Assembly (NCBI RefSeq): GCF_009914755.1
Contig: NC_060933.1
DNA length: 64,000 bases
Source of the DNA: the human T2T-CHM13v2.0 reference genome, Homo sapiens
Direction: 5' to 3' (one strand)
Part shown: in pieces, positions 42,337 to 55,727 of the stretch
Layout of the letters: every line of letters begins with the position of its first letter
Position numbering within the stretch: the first letter of the stretch is position 1
Notes under the pieces: model-generated
The model's input: only the letters and a program-made list of their open reading frames with translations
The model's database searches: none
Told to the model about the DNA's origin: nothing
Made by a program: the position numbers and the translations under genes

Positions 42337-42647
42337 GGCTGGGCGCGGTGGCTCACTCCTGCAATCCCAGCACTTTGGGAGGCTGAGGCAGGCGGATAAC
42401 GAGGTCAGGAGATCGAGACCATCCTGGCTAACACAGTGAAACCCCGTCTCTACTAAAAATACAAAAATTTAGCCGGGCATGGTGGCGGGTGCCTGTAGTC
42501 CCAGCCACTCAGGAGGCTGAGGCAGGAGAATGGTGTGAACCTGGGAGGCGGAGCTTGCAGTGAGCAGAGATTGCACCATTGCACTCCAACCTGGGTAACA
42601 GGGCAAGATTCCATCTCAAAAAAAAAAAAAAGAAAAGAAAAGAAAAA
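42337..42647 (+). mobile_element. AluY
   Basis: gagatcgagaccatcctggctaacac and ggagcttgcagtg; 17-bp TSD aaagaaatgaaggcaga at 42320-36 and 42648-64. Confidence 0.95.
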
Positions 42648-43123
42648 AAAGAAATGAAGGCAGAAATAAAGATATTCTCTGAAACCAGTGAGAACAAAGA
42701 CACAACATACCAGAATCTCTGGGACACATTCAAAGCAGTGTGTAGTGGGAAATTTATAGCACTAAATGCCCGCAGGAGAAAGCAGGAAAGATCTAAAATA
42801 GACACCCTAACATCACAATTAAAAGAGCTAGAGAAGCAAGAGCAAACAAATTCAAAAGCTAACAGCAGGCAAGAAATAACTAAGATCAGAGCAGATCTGA
42901 AGGACACAGAGACACAAAAAACCTTCAAAAAAATCCATGAATTCAGCAGCTGTTTTTTTGAAAAGATCAACAAAATTGACAGACCGCTAGCAAGACTAAT
43001 AAAGAAGAAAAGAGAGAAGAATCAAATAGACGCAATAAAAAATGATAAAGGGGATATCACCACCGATCCCACAGAAATACAAACTACTATCAAAGAATAC
43101 TATAAACACCTCTACGCAAATAA

Positions 43124-43514
<391 letters not shown>

Positions 43515-45940
43515 GAAGTTGAGTCTCTTAATAGACCAATAACATGTTCTGAAATTCAGGCAATAATTAATAGCCTACCAATCAAAAAAAAAGTCCAGGA
43601 CCAGAAGGATTCACAGCCGAATTCTACCACAGGTACAAAGAGGAGCTGGTACCACTCCTTCTGAAACTAAAGAGGGAATCCTCCCTAACTCATTTTATAA
43701 GGCCAGCATCATCCTGATACCAAAGACTGGCAGAGACACAACAAAAAAAGAGAATTTTAGGCCAATATCCCTGATGAACATGGATGCGAAAATCCTCAAT
43801 AAACTACTGGTCAACCAAATCCAGCAGCACATCAAAAAGCTTATCCACCACGATCAAGATGGCTTTATCCCTGGGATGCAAGGCTGGTTCAACATACGCA
43901 AATCAATAAATGTAATCCATCTCTTAAACAGAACCAATGACAAAAACCACATGATTATCTCAACAGATGCAGAAAAGTCTTCGACAAAATTCAACAGCCT
44001 TTCATGGTAAAAACTCTTAACAAACTAGGTATCGATGGAACATATCTCAAAATAATAACAGCTATTTATGACAAACCCACAGCCAATATCATACTGAATA
44101 GGCTGTATATTTCCAGTGGAATATGGGTAAGAAAATGGTTTTTACACGTGCTATCTCTTCATTTTGGAATTTTAAGATTTTGTCTTCCAAAATCAATGTC
44201 TTTCTGTCTTGTTGAATCCTACCATTTGGCACAGACTGAGTGGTCTTTTTTCTTCAGGGGCAGGGGCCAAGATAGGAGATGGGTAATCTGAAGTTTCCTG
44301 TGTTTTCCTGTGTGCAAAACTCATAAACAGCCAAAATAATTGTATACTGTTATTGTATGATCTGTCTTTAGCCCTCTCCTGAGGAAAGGCTATTTCAAAT
44401 GCAGCCATCTTGAAGATTGTGAGTTCTATTTTTCCCCAGCAAAGAGAAGTTAATCATAGTAAATGCGATGCTTTCCTTTCTAAGCATTTGTGGACCATAC
44501 ACTGATAGGTATTTTGCTGAATTTGCTATGACAATAGCAATGTATTACATCTAGACCCTTGTGCACAGATAATATCAGAAGCTTTGTGCCAATAGGATAA
44601 ACCACATCAGGATGGAGAGCTAAGTTGATATCGGTTTCCACATTTTGTTTTAACGTCCTGCTGAAATGTCTCTGAAGCTTCACAAGAGAGTTTGCTTTGA
44701 TCAACATTCCTCAACCTTCAAAGGAATCTTGGAAGTGTTTGTGAGACAGCTGTTTGCTGAAATAACCTTAATTGCTTGTACTAAGAATTATCACTGCATG
44801 CCTCATAGATTTGTGAGAAGTCTGTAAAAAAACTGCTGACATTGGCACCAAAGTTCATCTACCTTCAATCTACAAAGTACCCCCCTCACTATTTTTAATG
44901 AGTGGTACCTCATCTCATTGTGCACACATATGTGCCCAAATATAAGTCATTGGTGATACTATTTTCTTATTTTTAATTTTTATACAATGTTTCTAGTACA
45001 AAAGTAATGCATGCTCGATTATAGAAAATTTGAAAATTCAAAAATATGAGAAGAAAAAATATCCTCTCTGAAACCACCATTAAAATAAAAAAAAAGTCTT
45101 TCTAGTAATTTGTAATATGAACAGGGTTTTGGTTTTTATATTGTTAAATATAGTCATAATAAAAACTATCCAGAATAGAGTGTCCTGGTTTATTTTTAAG
45201 TAATCACATAATGTATGCCTTTTAACAGCAAAGAAAAAAAAATCCATCCCATTGGCTTTCTGACTAAAGTTCCCCTTATTCCATTAACAGACTTATATAG
45301 TCATGTTGAGTTCCCCAAACATTACCATTACCCCCTGTAGTGGAAAAGGAAAAAAGCCAAGTTAAACAGTTGGACACTTGAGGAATTGTTGGTTTGGAAC
45401 ACATAAAAATCAACTTCTGAATTGCAGTTTCTTTATTATTTGACAAAAGAACACGCTGGCCTTTAAAGTATTCTGAACATTGCACTGCGTACAGAGAAAG
45501 TGAGTTTTACAGTCACCATTGGACTGCTCATAGAGGCCAGATTTTTGAGGTGCTGGGGGAAATAATTAGCACCCTCCAGGGATGGACTATGGGATAGTAA
45601 TAGAGAAATCAAAAGCCATACAAAGGAATTGGAAGATATAAAAGTCAGACAGTTTTAAGAAGATTTTTAAACATAACAGTGAATGAAAAAGACAATAACA
45701 GGAGGAAGACAGAAATCTAATATTTTTATTTGATACTTGGGCCAGACATCGTGGTAGGCACTTTCCAAATGTCACCTTATTTAATTTTCACAACCATGTG
45801 ATGACATGGAGCAATACATTGAAGCAAAGGATATTAACTAACATAACCATTTCTTATAGTCAGTGATGACAGAAAGCTATCTAGTAGACTTTTGAAGCAA
45901 ATCAAATCAGAAAAAGATTTTGGAGAGATTTTGCACAGAT

Positions 45941-46275
45941 AATCAATTGCCCAATGGGTTATTCTTGCCCACTCCCCAAAGAGAGCTCATTTATCAAGGC
46001 AGGGGAATTACAATTGTGAAAGAGTTTTACACAAATAGGGCCAGCTAAATGGGAGATTGGAGTTTTATTATTATTCAAATTAGCCTCCCCAAGAACTTGG
46101 AGGCTAGGGTTTTTCAAACAAAGTTTAGGAGATGAGAGGAGGGGTGGCTAGGCAAGGGGTGCTTGCTGCTGACTGGTAGACGGTACAATCACAGGGGTGT
46201 GGGAAAAGGTCCTCTTGCAAGCTAAGTCACTTCTGGGTGGGGCCACAGGAGTGGTTGGTGGGTCCAAGTGTGGCT
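45941..46275 (-). mobile_element. LTR8A/8B-like ERV1 LTR 3' fragment
   Basis: gcccaatgggtt..cttgcccac..atttatcaaggcaggggaatt..ggagttttattattattcaaat. Confidence 0.8.
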
Positions 46276-46307
46276 ATTAGACTTTTAGTATAAGAAGTAA
46301 CATTAGA

Positions 46308-46647
<340 letters not shown>

Positions 46648-47899
46648 TCAAACTTATTCACACTGTCAATACAGTGTTACAGACAAAATGCTTACAAATA
46701 GAATCTGGTATGATTTCATTATCTAAGATAACATATGGAAGTTATGTGTTTTTTAAAGTGTTGATTTGAAGGTATAATCTAAAACATTCCAAACATCAAG
46801 TCATGAAAGCAGTTTTTATCTGTTTTGTAAAAAAAAAATATATATATATATATATAGTCTATACACCAAAAATTATAATATATTCATTTAAATTTCTTTG
46901 ACATCAATAATACTTTTTCTTATATATTTATTTAACATACTTTAACAAATTGAAGACATTTTTTGTTATAAGTATGACTGCATATTACATTTAATTAACT
47001 TTATTGCATTAAATACTATCCTGATATGAAATAAAATACTTGGTTTATAATGTCTTCTTATAGCCCAAACTGAAAGCTTGAAATTAATTAGAAATTTCTA
47101 TAACTGTTCATTAGATTTTATATCACTATGGAAGAATTTAGCAAGTTAAAAAAAATACACAGACAAAACAAAAACAACAAAAACAGAGGGTGAGAAATGC
47201 TGGATTGGAGGCTCTCCAAGGCCTTCCTATTCTGAAATGCCATCATGTGCAGATTCTCATCTTTCCTACACCCACTAACTGAAGGCATTGACAGAAAGAA
47301 ATGAAAAAGGGAAGATATGTAATTACCCTGGTGGATCGATTCACTCATAAGGTATAAATCAAAAGGAAATGCCTGGATTATTTTTAAGAAAATCTGTGTA
47401 CTCCAAACTGCAGATGAACCTTCTTGAACAAAACAATATAATACAACAAAATGCTAAGCTCATTAGTTATGCATAAATACTAGTTCTTAAAACAATTTTA
47501 ACTATCAGAACTTTAAATTTGCCAGAGATCAACATGTTCTGCCAATGTTGGCTAGTTAACAAAGTTAATATGTTTAGCATCTAGTAAATCCGAAATGGCA
47601 TAAAATGACTGATGTATGAATTGAGTATGACCCCTGGTCTTCCTCTGGATTGAAATTCCTCTTGCATTTTCGAGAAATTAGTAAAGTGTGCTAGGTAAGT
47701 AATTAATGCACTTTGGTGTGAGAATTTGGAAAATTATTGAAAAATATATTAAAGGGTTGAATTCTGCATTATCTCAAATTAGCTAATCTAGTTTTTTGGC
47801 ACAAAATAAGCAGCCTGCTTTGTACACATTTGGAAGGTTTTAAAAACAAATCAATATAGCCATACACTCAGGACTATGCTAAACAGAGCTGCTGATACC

Positions 47900-48340
47900 C
47901 GCAGTGCTCCTCCACAGTGGGCCCATTGTGGAGAGCTGCCACATTCAAAACACCTTCCAGCTGTTGGAGGAAACCACAAGAGGGGTGAGGACAGACGCAG
48001 ACACCCTCCATCAGATAATTACCTTGATTAAGATTCTCTGAATTAAACGGAGTTTAATCAAGGACCCTGTGAAATTGTGAAAACGCCAGCTTTCTGTGCT
48101 TGCCCTCCTTTTCTACAGATGGTGAGTTGCCAAACAAAATCAAAGGAGTCTTAATTACAAGGATGAGAGGCAAAGTCAAAGGGAATGAATCTGTGCTTTG
48201 TGATGGAGATGGACCAGCACCAATCAGCAGCAAACTCAGCTCTCGTCTGCATGGAGAGTGCGACAATGCATCAAAGCTGAACACACTATCAACATCCTTG
48301 ACAATTCAAAGGACTGAATTAATAGCCATGACAATGTATC
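47900..48340. promoter_or_regulatory. Candidate enhancer (TCF/LEF, SOX and homeodomain motif cluster)
   Basis: ATCAAAG 48139 and 48270, TTCAAAG 48305, ACAAT x3, TAATTA x2; no repeat recognised. Confidence 0.35.
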
Positions 48341-49897
48341 TAAGGTAGTAGTTAACATTGACTCTTCATATGATATAATAATATATGTGACCTTTTATGG
48401 CAACATTTGGACTGACATTAGAAAAAACAACCATGCCACTTCAGCTGTTACTAAGAAAGCATGGCCCAGTTTGAATCTAAACTAAACCATTACTGAAAGT
48501 AAACTCCCTTTTAAATGAAAAAATTAAAAGAGCAATGACACAGGGAGGTCAATTTTTTTTTCAGTTTTTCTGCTTCCTCTTATTTTGAATTTGGACTATA
48601 AATAGAAGTAATTATAAAAATCATCCATTCCATGACATGAGTTGATACCACCTAGCATCTACTCACTGCAACACTAATATCCTTTACATGCATACTATCA
48701 GACTTTCTCCACTGTATTATATGTCTGATCTTTTTGACATCCAACACCTTTTACTTCTTTCTTAAGTTTTTATTTATTTAAGTTCATATTTATTTCTATT
48801 AGTTTTTTAAATAAAACTTGGTCCATTATTACAAGTAACGTCAATGAATTATCACCTAGTAGTGCTAATTAATTGGGTGGAACCACCACTTCAAAAGGAG
48901 TGGAATATTATAAAAATCATTGTATCCCCTCCCCTAATCATACTTACAATCATATATCTTCTAACATAAATGTCATGTATTTTGTAATGTTTTCTAAATT
49001 AAACATATATCTAGCTTCTCTGATATTACAAGTCACAAATGCAAGTGGTTCATGGAAAATCTGTTTCCCTGTAAGTTTTCCTCTTTTCAAAGGAAATCTA
49101 CAATTTCTATTTCTAGGAGCTTGCATTTTTAAATTATTTTGTTTAGCCCTTCAAAGATTTCCTTTCAACTATTATTTATATATCCCCTTCCCTTTGAGAT
49201 CTAAAAGTTTATTTTGTCTTTTTCTCAGGTTCTGTACCATCGCCCTTCTGTATTCTGAAATCTTATGAGTGATAGATTCTTATATCTTGGGCATCTTATT
49301 CTTGTGATTTATTTTTACATGCATATATCTTGTTTTTCCTGCAAGGCCCATCTCTACACAGCATTTTTGCAATTCTTACTTATTCTTAGTTTGCTTTCCT
49401 TCAATCTTTTCTTCTTATATAATTTGCTATCATATTTTCCCAAAATTCCTTTTGAAGTAACTTCTTACAGTATTTTCTTAATATTAGCAAGAAAGAGACC
49501 TTCCTCTAATCATACAAACATGTTACATGTTTGACTGGGTCTTTTCCACACCTTGAAAGATGCACCAATTGAGTGATTTGTTTCCTCTTCTGCATACTGA
49601 ATACCATAAGCACTTTTCATCACACTTTAAACAAGAGCTATGTATCCTTTTATTACACACTCAAATTTTCCCAACTGCATATTAAATCCAGCACAATGCA
49701 TACAATATATCAACATATGAGAAGTAGCATGACATCAGTTTAGAAGTAAAGAAACATACATTTTAGCACTAATTCAATCACTAATTTTCTTTGGACAATT
49801 TAATTGTCCAGACTTTGGACAATTTAATAAGTTACTATGAATCAGTTTTTGTTTTGGTTTGGTTTGGCTTGGTTTCATATTCACTAAGGAACACAGT

Positions 49898-50000
49898 TAC
49901 TATAATTTGGATACGGTTTGTTTGTCCTTTCCAAATCTCATGTTCATATTTGATCCCTGATGTTGGAGGTGGGGTCTAACGGGAGGTGTTTGGGTTTTGA
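49898..50000 (+). mobile_element. MST (MSTB-like) LTR 5' fragment
   Basis: ccaaatctcatgtt..atttgatccc..atgttggaggtggggtctaacgggaggtgtttggg. Confidence 0.8.
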
Positions 50001-50299
50001 CATGATGTTATCCGAAACCAGTCAAGTAAAACGATTGATTTGTTATAACACTTGGATTTTAAGTGAATATGTCATCCAATGTAGCCTTCAAAATTACTTT
50101 CAAAAAAATAAGCCTTCTAACTTTCCCTCTACAATTAGCTCCAAAGAAAAGGGATATTAATAAATTTTAAAACTGTTTAAAAATTTGCACATATCTTTTT
50201 AAATGTTGCTCTCTGTTTAATTTTTTACAACTTGAATTTTATGAAAATCTATTAGGGATTAATTTTTAAAACCTTCCTTTTATTTACTTTTAAACTGGA

Positions 50300-51793
50300 T
50301 GGGAAACCATAGGAAATACAACTGCACTCTTATTAAAAACTAAAGCTGACCATATCAAGTATTACCAAACATGTGAGGAACTGAAATTCTCATTCACTGC
50401 TGGTGGGAATGTAAAATGGTAACCACTTTGGAAAACAGTTTGACAGTTTCTTACAGAATTAAACATGTGCCTGACATATGATCCAGCCACCTACTCCTAC
50501 ATATTAACTCAAGACAAAGCCTATGTCCACTTAAAGACTTGTCATTAATGTTCATAATAGTTTCATTTGTAATAGCCCAAAACGGAAAACCCAAATGTCC
50601 ATCAAGAGGTTAACTCATAACAGATGAATGCTAAAAACACTGATATATATCATACAATGGAACACAACTCAGCAATACAAAGAAATGAACTACTCATACA
50701 TGTGGCAACATTCTGAATCTCAAAATAATTATGCTGAGTAAAAAACCCAGACAAAACCCAGACAACAAAATCCATACTGTATAACGTCGTTTAAATTGTT
50801 ATAGAAAATACAAACTATTCTATCATAAGAGAGAGTAGAACGCTGGTTGCCTGGGAAGGGCCATGTGGTGGTGTTCCAGGTAGTTATACAGGCATGAGCA
50901 GAGCAGGAGAGGGCTCTCCCACCCACTAGGAATGTCAGGTGATGGCTTGGCAATTATCACAATGCCTCACTAAAAGTGATAAGTTGGCAGCCAGCACCAG
51001 GGATAGGCCATTTCCTGATGGTTCACACCTGTTGCACTGAAGTGTTAATTGAATGCAGGCAACAGGGAGAAACAACTTCCTGGGCATGCCCATTAAGAGA
51101 CAACATGGCAGAGTATGACTTTCTGGGGGAACTCCACAGGAAAAAGGAAGAAAGCCTCCGATGGGAATGCATACAACTTCCTAAACACACTGCATGTGCT
51201 CACTTCCCAGGGGTAGCAGGGGCACTGCACACGTGGGCAGCCCACCCTAAGGAAAGAATCGTGGGAAAGGGGCCAGCCTATAAAAGTCTTAGGATCGCTG
51301 TTAAACAGCACACTTGGCCTTCAGGTGCCTACTTGAGTCTCTTCCAAGTGAACTTTCCTTTCTTTCCTGTTCTAAAGCCTTTCTAAATAAACTTTTACTC
51401 CTACTCTGAAACTTGCCTTGGTCTCTTTTTCTGCCTTATGCCCATGAGTTGAATTATTTCTTCTGAGGAGGCAAGAACTGACGCTGCTACAGACCCTTAC
51501 AGATTTGCCACCATAAACACTGATATTTGCCACTGGTAACAGAGGTTTAGGAAGTTGTATGCATTCCCATCTGAGGCTTTCTTCCCTTTTTCCTGTGGAG
51601 TTCCCCCAGAAAGTCATTTGCCCCTGGTAACAGAGGTACAAAAGTGAGCAAGGGAAACCTTGTGGGTGGTGAGCTATGTTCATCATTATCTTGATTGTGT
51701 TAATGGTGCTCATACGTCAAAATATGTCACACTGTACACTTTAAATATATGCACTTTACTGTATATCAGTTACATATTAATAAAACTGTTAAA
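50300..51793 (+). mobile_element. L1ME 3' end, split by the MER61 LTR
   Basis: ctgctggtgggaatgtaaaatggt...catatgatccagc; resumes at about 51638 and ends ttaataaaactgttaaa. Confidence 0.88.
50872..51541 (+). mobile_element. MER61 ERV1 solo LTR
   Basis: Starts tgttccaggtagttatacaggcatgagc; TATAAAAG 51279; AATAAA 51386; ends ggtaaca; TSD gtgg/gagg. Confidence 0.88.
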
Positions 51794-51975
51794 GAACTGG
51801 AAGTGAAGAAACGTTATTCCACTTAACAGTTGGAAAATAAAATTTAACTTATGTATGGATGTCATAGTCTGAGATAGAAAAGGCAATTTTGTCTTCATGA
51901 CTTTTATTGGATTTTGCAAAATATTCTAAGGTGAATAAAATTAGAATCATGATATCTGCTTCAATAATCACATTA

Positions 51976-52152
51976 ATTTTTTTTTTTTCAGAGAGATACA
52001 GGGTTTCACTCTGTTGCCCTGGCTACCTGGAGTACAGTGTTGCAATCACTCCTCCCTGCCGTCTCAACCTCCAGGACTTAAGTCACCCTCCTGCCTCAGC
52101 CTCCTGAGAAGCTGAGACTACAGGTACGCACCACACCACCATGTCTCAGCTA

Positions 52153-52191
<39 letters not shown>

Positions 52192-52280
52192 ACATGGGGT
52201 CTCAAACTCCTGGTCTCAAGCTATCCTCCTGCCTCACTTCTCAGTGTTGGGATTACAGGTGTGAGCCACCCTACCCAGCC
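51976..52280 (-). mobile_element. AluJ with (TG)17 expansion in the linker
   Basis: Diverged antisense Alu; (TG)17 at 52157-52190; part of the left arm deleted. Confidence 0.92.
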
Positions 52281-52479
52281 CTAATCACCATTTTTTTGAA
52301 GGTAAACAAACATTCCTTTCTGACCAAAGTGGTCATGGGCACAACACAAGCTGAGAACACTCAAACCAGTCAGTATAGAACGGGTCCCCACAGAGGTCAG
52401 CACTGGGAGTCCATTATCAGGAAATAAGGAGGAAACAAGAATCAGTAAAGCAAAGTGGCTGGGAGCATTATGTCTCCAG

Positions 52480-52700
52480 CAGCATGGTGTGTTCAGCAAG
52501 ATATCCTAGGTTTCAATTCTAGCACTGTCACTCACTTGCACTATAACTTGGCAGATTAGGAAACTACTTCAATATTCAGTTAGCTTATCTGTAAAGCGGG
52601 GATGATAAGAGTACCTAGCACACAGAGCCGTAATGAGGAATAAACAAACTAACATGTGTAAAACACTTAGGTATTTAGCACTATAAAATGCTAGCTATTA
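52480..52700 (+). mobile_element. MIR SINE
   Basis: cctaggtttcaattctagc...atctgtaaagcggggatgataagagtacct. Confidence 0.8.
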
Positions 52701-52831
52701 TTGGTAGTTCAGGGAACCTGATTAGCAGGCTATGAAACTATCAGTTAACTCTACACTAGATTTGAAATCTAAAATTTTAGGAATTGTTAAATGTAAATAT
52801 TGAACTCTCCTTCAGATTTGTATGCTAATTA

Positions 52832-53149
<318 letters not shown>

Positions 53150-55089
53150 CTTTACTCTTATCTAAAAAAAATACTGTTTTGAAAGATGTTGCACTTAATA
53201 TTTATTTGAGGTACTTCTTCTTTTGAATTTATACATCTGTGTTATATCCATCTCTATTGCCATCTTCTCCCAACCTCTGAGTGTTGGAGTTTCTGGGGCC
53301 AATTTAATATTACTGAGAGTTTAGGTAGTTTTGCAGAGCATATGAACCATATCCCAAAGGCAAGCTTTCGAAAGCACCATAGAACAAAATCATGAACAAC
53401 ATACTAAGCCAATCATAATTCTGATTAATTGGTACTTTGGACAAGGAAAGAAACATATCTTGAGTTTAAATTATAAAAGTAATTACTAAAACAGACAAGT
53501 TTAGTTGGCCTAAGTATGTGTGCTGATAAACCTTAATAAATCAGACTCCTTCAATTCTTTCTCTACTTCTTGATTTTCAATTAAATAATTCTAGGAGCTC
53601 TGTTTCTTGATTTTATACTCTCATGGAACCATGACATAAAGTAATTCAGTGCAGATAAGAAACTAGGTTTAAAGTAACTTATATATAAAACTGTTCACAA
53701 AACCAACAACTATATAAAATAAGGTTTGTATTTTTCCCCAAACTCTTAAATTTACTCAGTTAACACCTAGTGATAAATGTACTTATAAATGTACTGTTAC
53801 AAAAAGTTACTATAAGATTATCATTTCCCTAGTATATATATTAGGATCTGTTGACTTTTAGTGGAAAAAAAATCTCAATAAAAGGAAAGTTAGTATATGT
53901 GTGTACTTGGAATGAAACTGCAAATGAAACAGGGAAGTTATCAGTTTCATTTCCATGATCCCTAAAACAGTTTCTGGAACATTAAATAGAGCCCTTGAAA
54001 ATATTTGCATAAAAAATAAATAGTCAAGAATCAAAGAAACTTTGGGGACCATCAACTCCCTATTTTCTCTCCTGATCTTATACTGTCTTTATATTTCTCT
54101 TTCCCCAAATTGGTCTATCCCCACAACACTTTCCAATTCAAGATTCCAGAAAGTAATCATCTGGCTGCTTTAGCATCACTCTTCACTCTTACTAAACTCC
54201 ACAGCTACTAGTCAACCTACTAACGGGGTCTACTCTTAAATTAAGTATCTACTCCTTGTTCAAATTACAAGCAGTTCTAGTGAAAGAACAGCCTAGTGGT
54301 ACTATCCGGAGTGGAGCATTGTAAGTGGAGCAATACATTCTTAGAATTAATAGCCACACTTGAGCTTAGTGCACCAGTACCTGAAAAGAGAAGACAGACC
54401 TATCTGGCAAGTTGCAGGGAGTTTATGACATTGAGTCCCTGATATAATCAATGTACCTTTGAACACCAAGAGAAAACATGGTATGATACTTGCTAAAGAA
54501 AACTGCAAGAATGAGAGTGGGAAGGAAGAGTGTAACAATAACTATCTAAATGACATCAACCAAAAAAATCATAATGTATGCAAGTCAGATTGTCAAATGA
54601 TTTTAACCACTCACTTTAACTTTGTCAAATTTTGGCTACTGACAGAGTAGCTAATATTTTTACCATAATTTTTTGACTTTTTCATATAAACACTTTGAAC
54701 AAATGATCTGTTCTTTAAAATATTTTTACATGGAATTATTCAAGGTATTCACTATTACTATGTTCGAAAATGTGATGTTGATCGTATCCTGGATCTTTTC
54801 TTGAGATGACATCTCTAGAAGTACAAGGGGAGAATAGGTTTATGTTGTCAGTTTACAAAATTTTTATTTTTCCCTGGGACAAATTATACCATAGCAAAGT
54901 TACATAATCTTCTAAAAATGCTTAACAAACTAGGGAGAGTATATAATCACAGAGAAAAAAAAATGACCCTTAAACATACACAAATGTTAAATCATGTAAT
55001 TCTAAAACTTTCAACTCAAAAATGACTAGTGACCTTATGTGTTATGTAGCCCAATCCTTTAATCACATAATAGGAAGGAGCTTCAAAAA

Positions 55090-55714
55090 TATTAATGAGT
55101 GCTCTTTCAGCAACTGATAAAATAAATAGAGAAAAATATTATAGAAAACATCATCAACAATCTTGACCTAATTTTTATCTATAGAAAGCTACATATAACA
55201 TGTATAGAATATACATTACTTTTCAAGGATATGTGGTAATATTCACCATAATAAACAGTGTGCTAAGCAATTAAAACACTTACACATAAATTTAAAAGAC
55301 AGAAATAACACAGTGCGTGTTCACTGATCACAGTGAAATTAAATTAGCTAAAACAATAATATAGCTATGGAAATTCAAGATATTTGAAAATTAATACATT
55401 TTTAAATAATTCACAAGGTTAAGAAAGAAATCTTAAGATAAATTGAATAATATTTCCAAATATAATGATGATGAATCCATAACATATAAAAATTTGGTGG
55501 TTGCAGCTAAAGCAGTACTTACAGAAAAATTAAAAAGGTTTAAAGTCAAGAGAAAAGTAGTCTAAAGTCAAATGCCTATGAATATACTTAAAGATGTAAA
55601 AATATGTGCAAAGAAAATAATAGAAAAAATTTGTAAAAGATGAATAAGAGGAAAAAATAATAAATATAAAATTTTGTTATTTAAAAAGTAAACAAAATTC
55701 ATACAGTACATTCT
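55090..55714 (+). mobile_element. Ancient L1M ORF2 fragment (host of the L1MA insertion)
   Basis: gaatatacatt..tcaag...gcagctaaagcagtactt; continues at 61312-61610. Confidence 0.8.
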
Positions 55715-55727
55715 AAATTGATTAATA

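Noticed and set aside
48100-48348. 82-aa ORF as a microprotein
   Set aside because: TTG start, no recognisable homology, and a length expected by chance.
50976-51713. Paired sense/antisense ORFs sharing a peptide, as a gene system
   Set aside because: Fully explained by the 72-bp inverted duplication in the MER61 LTR.
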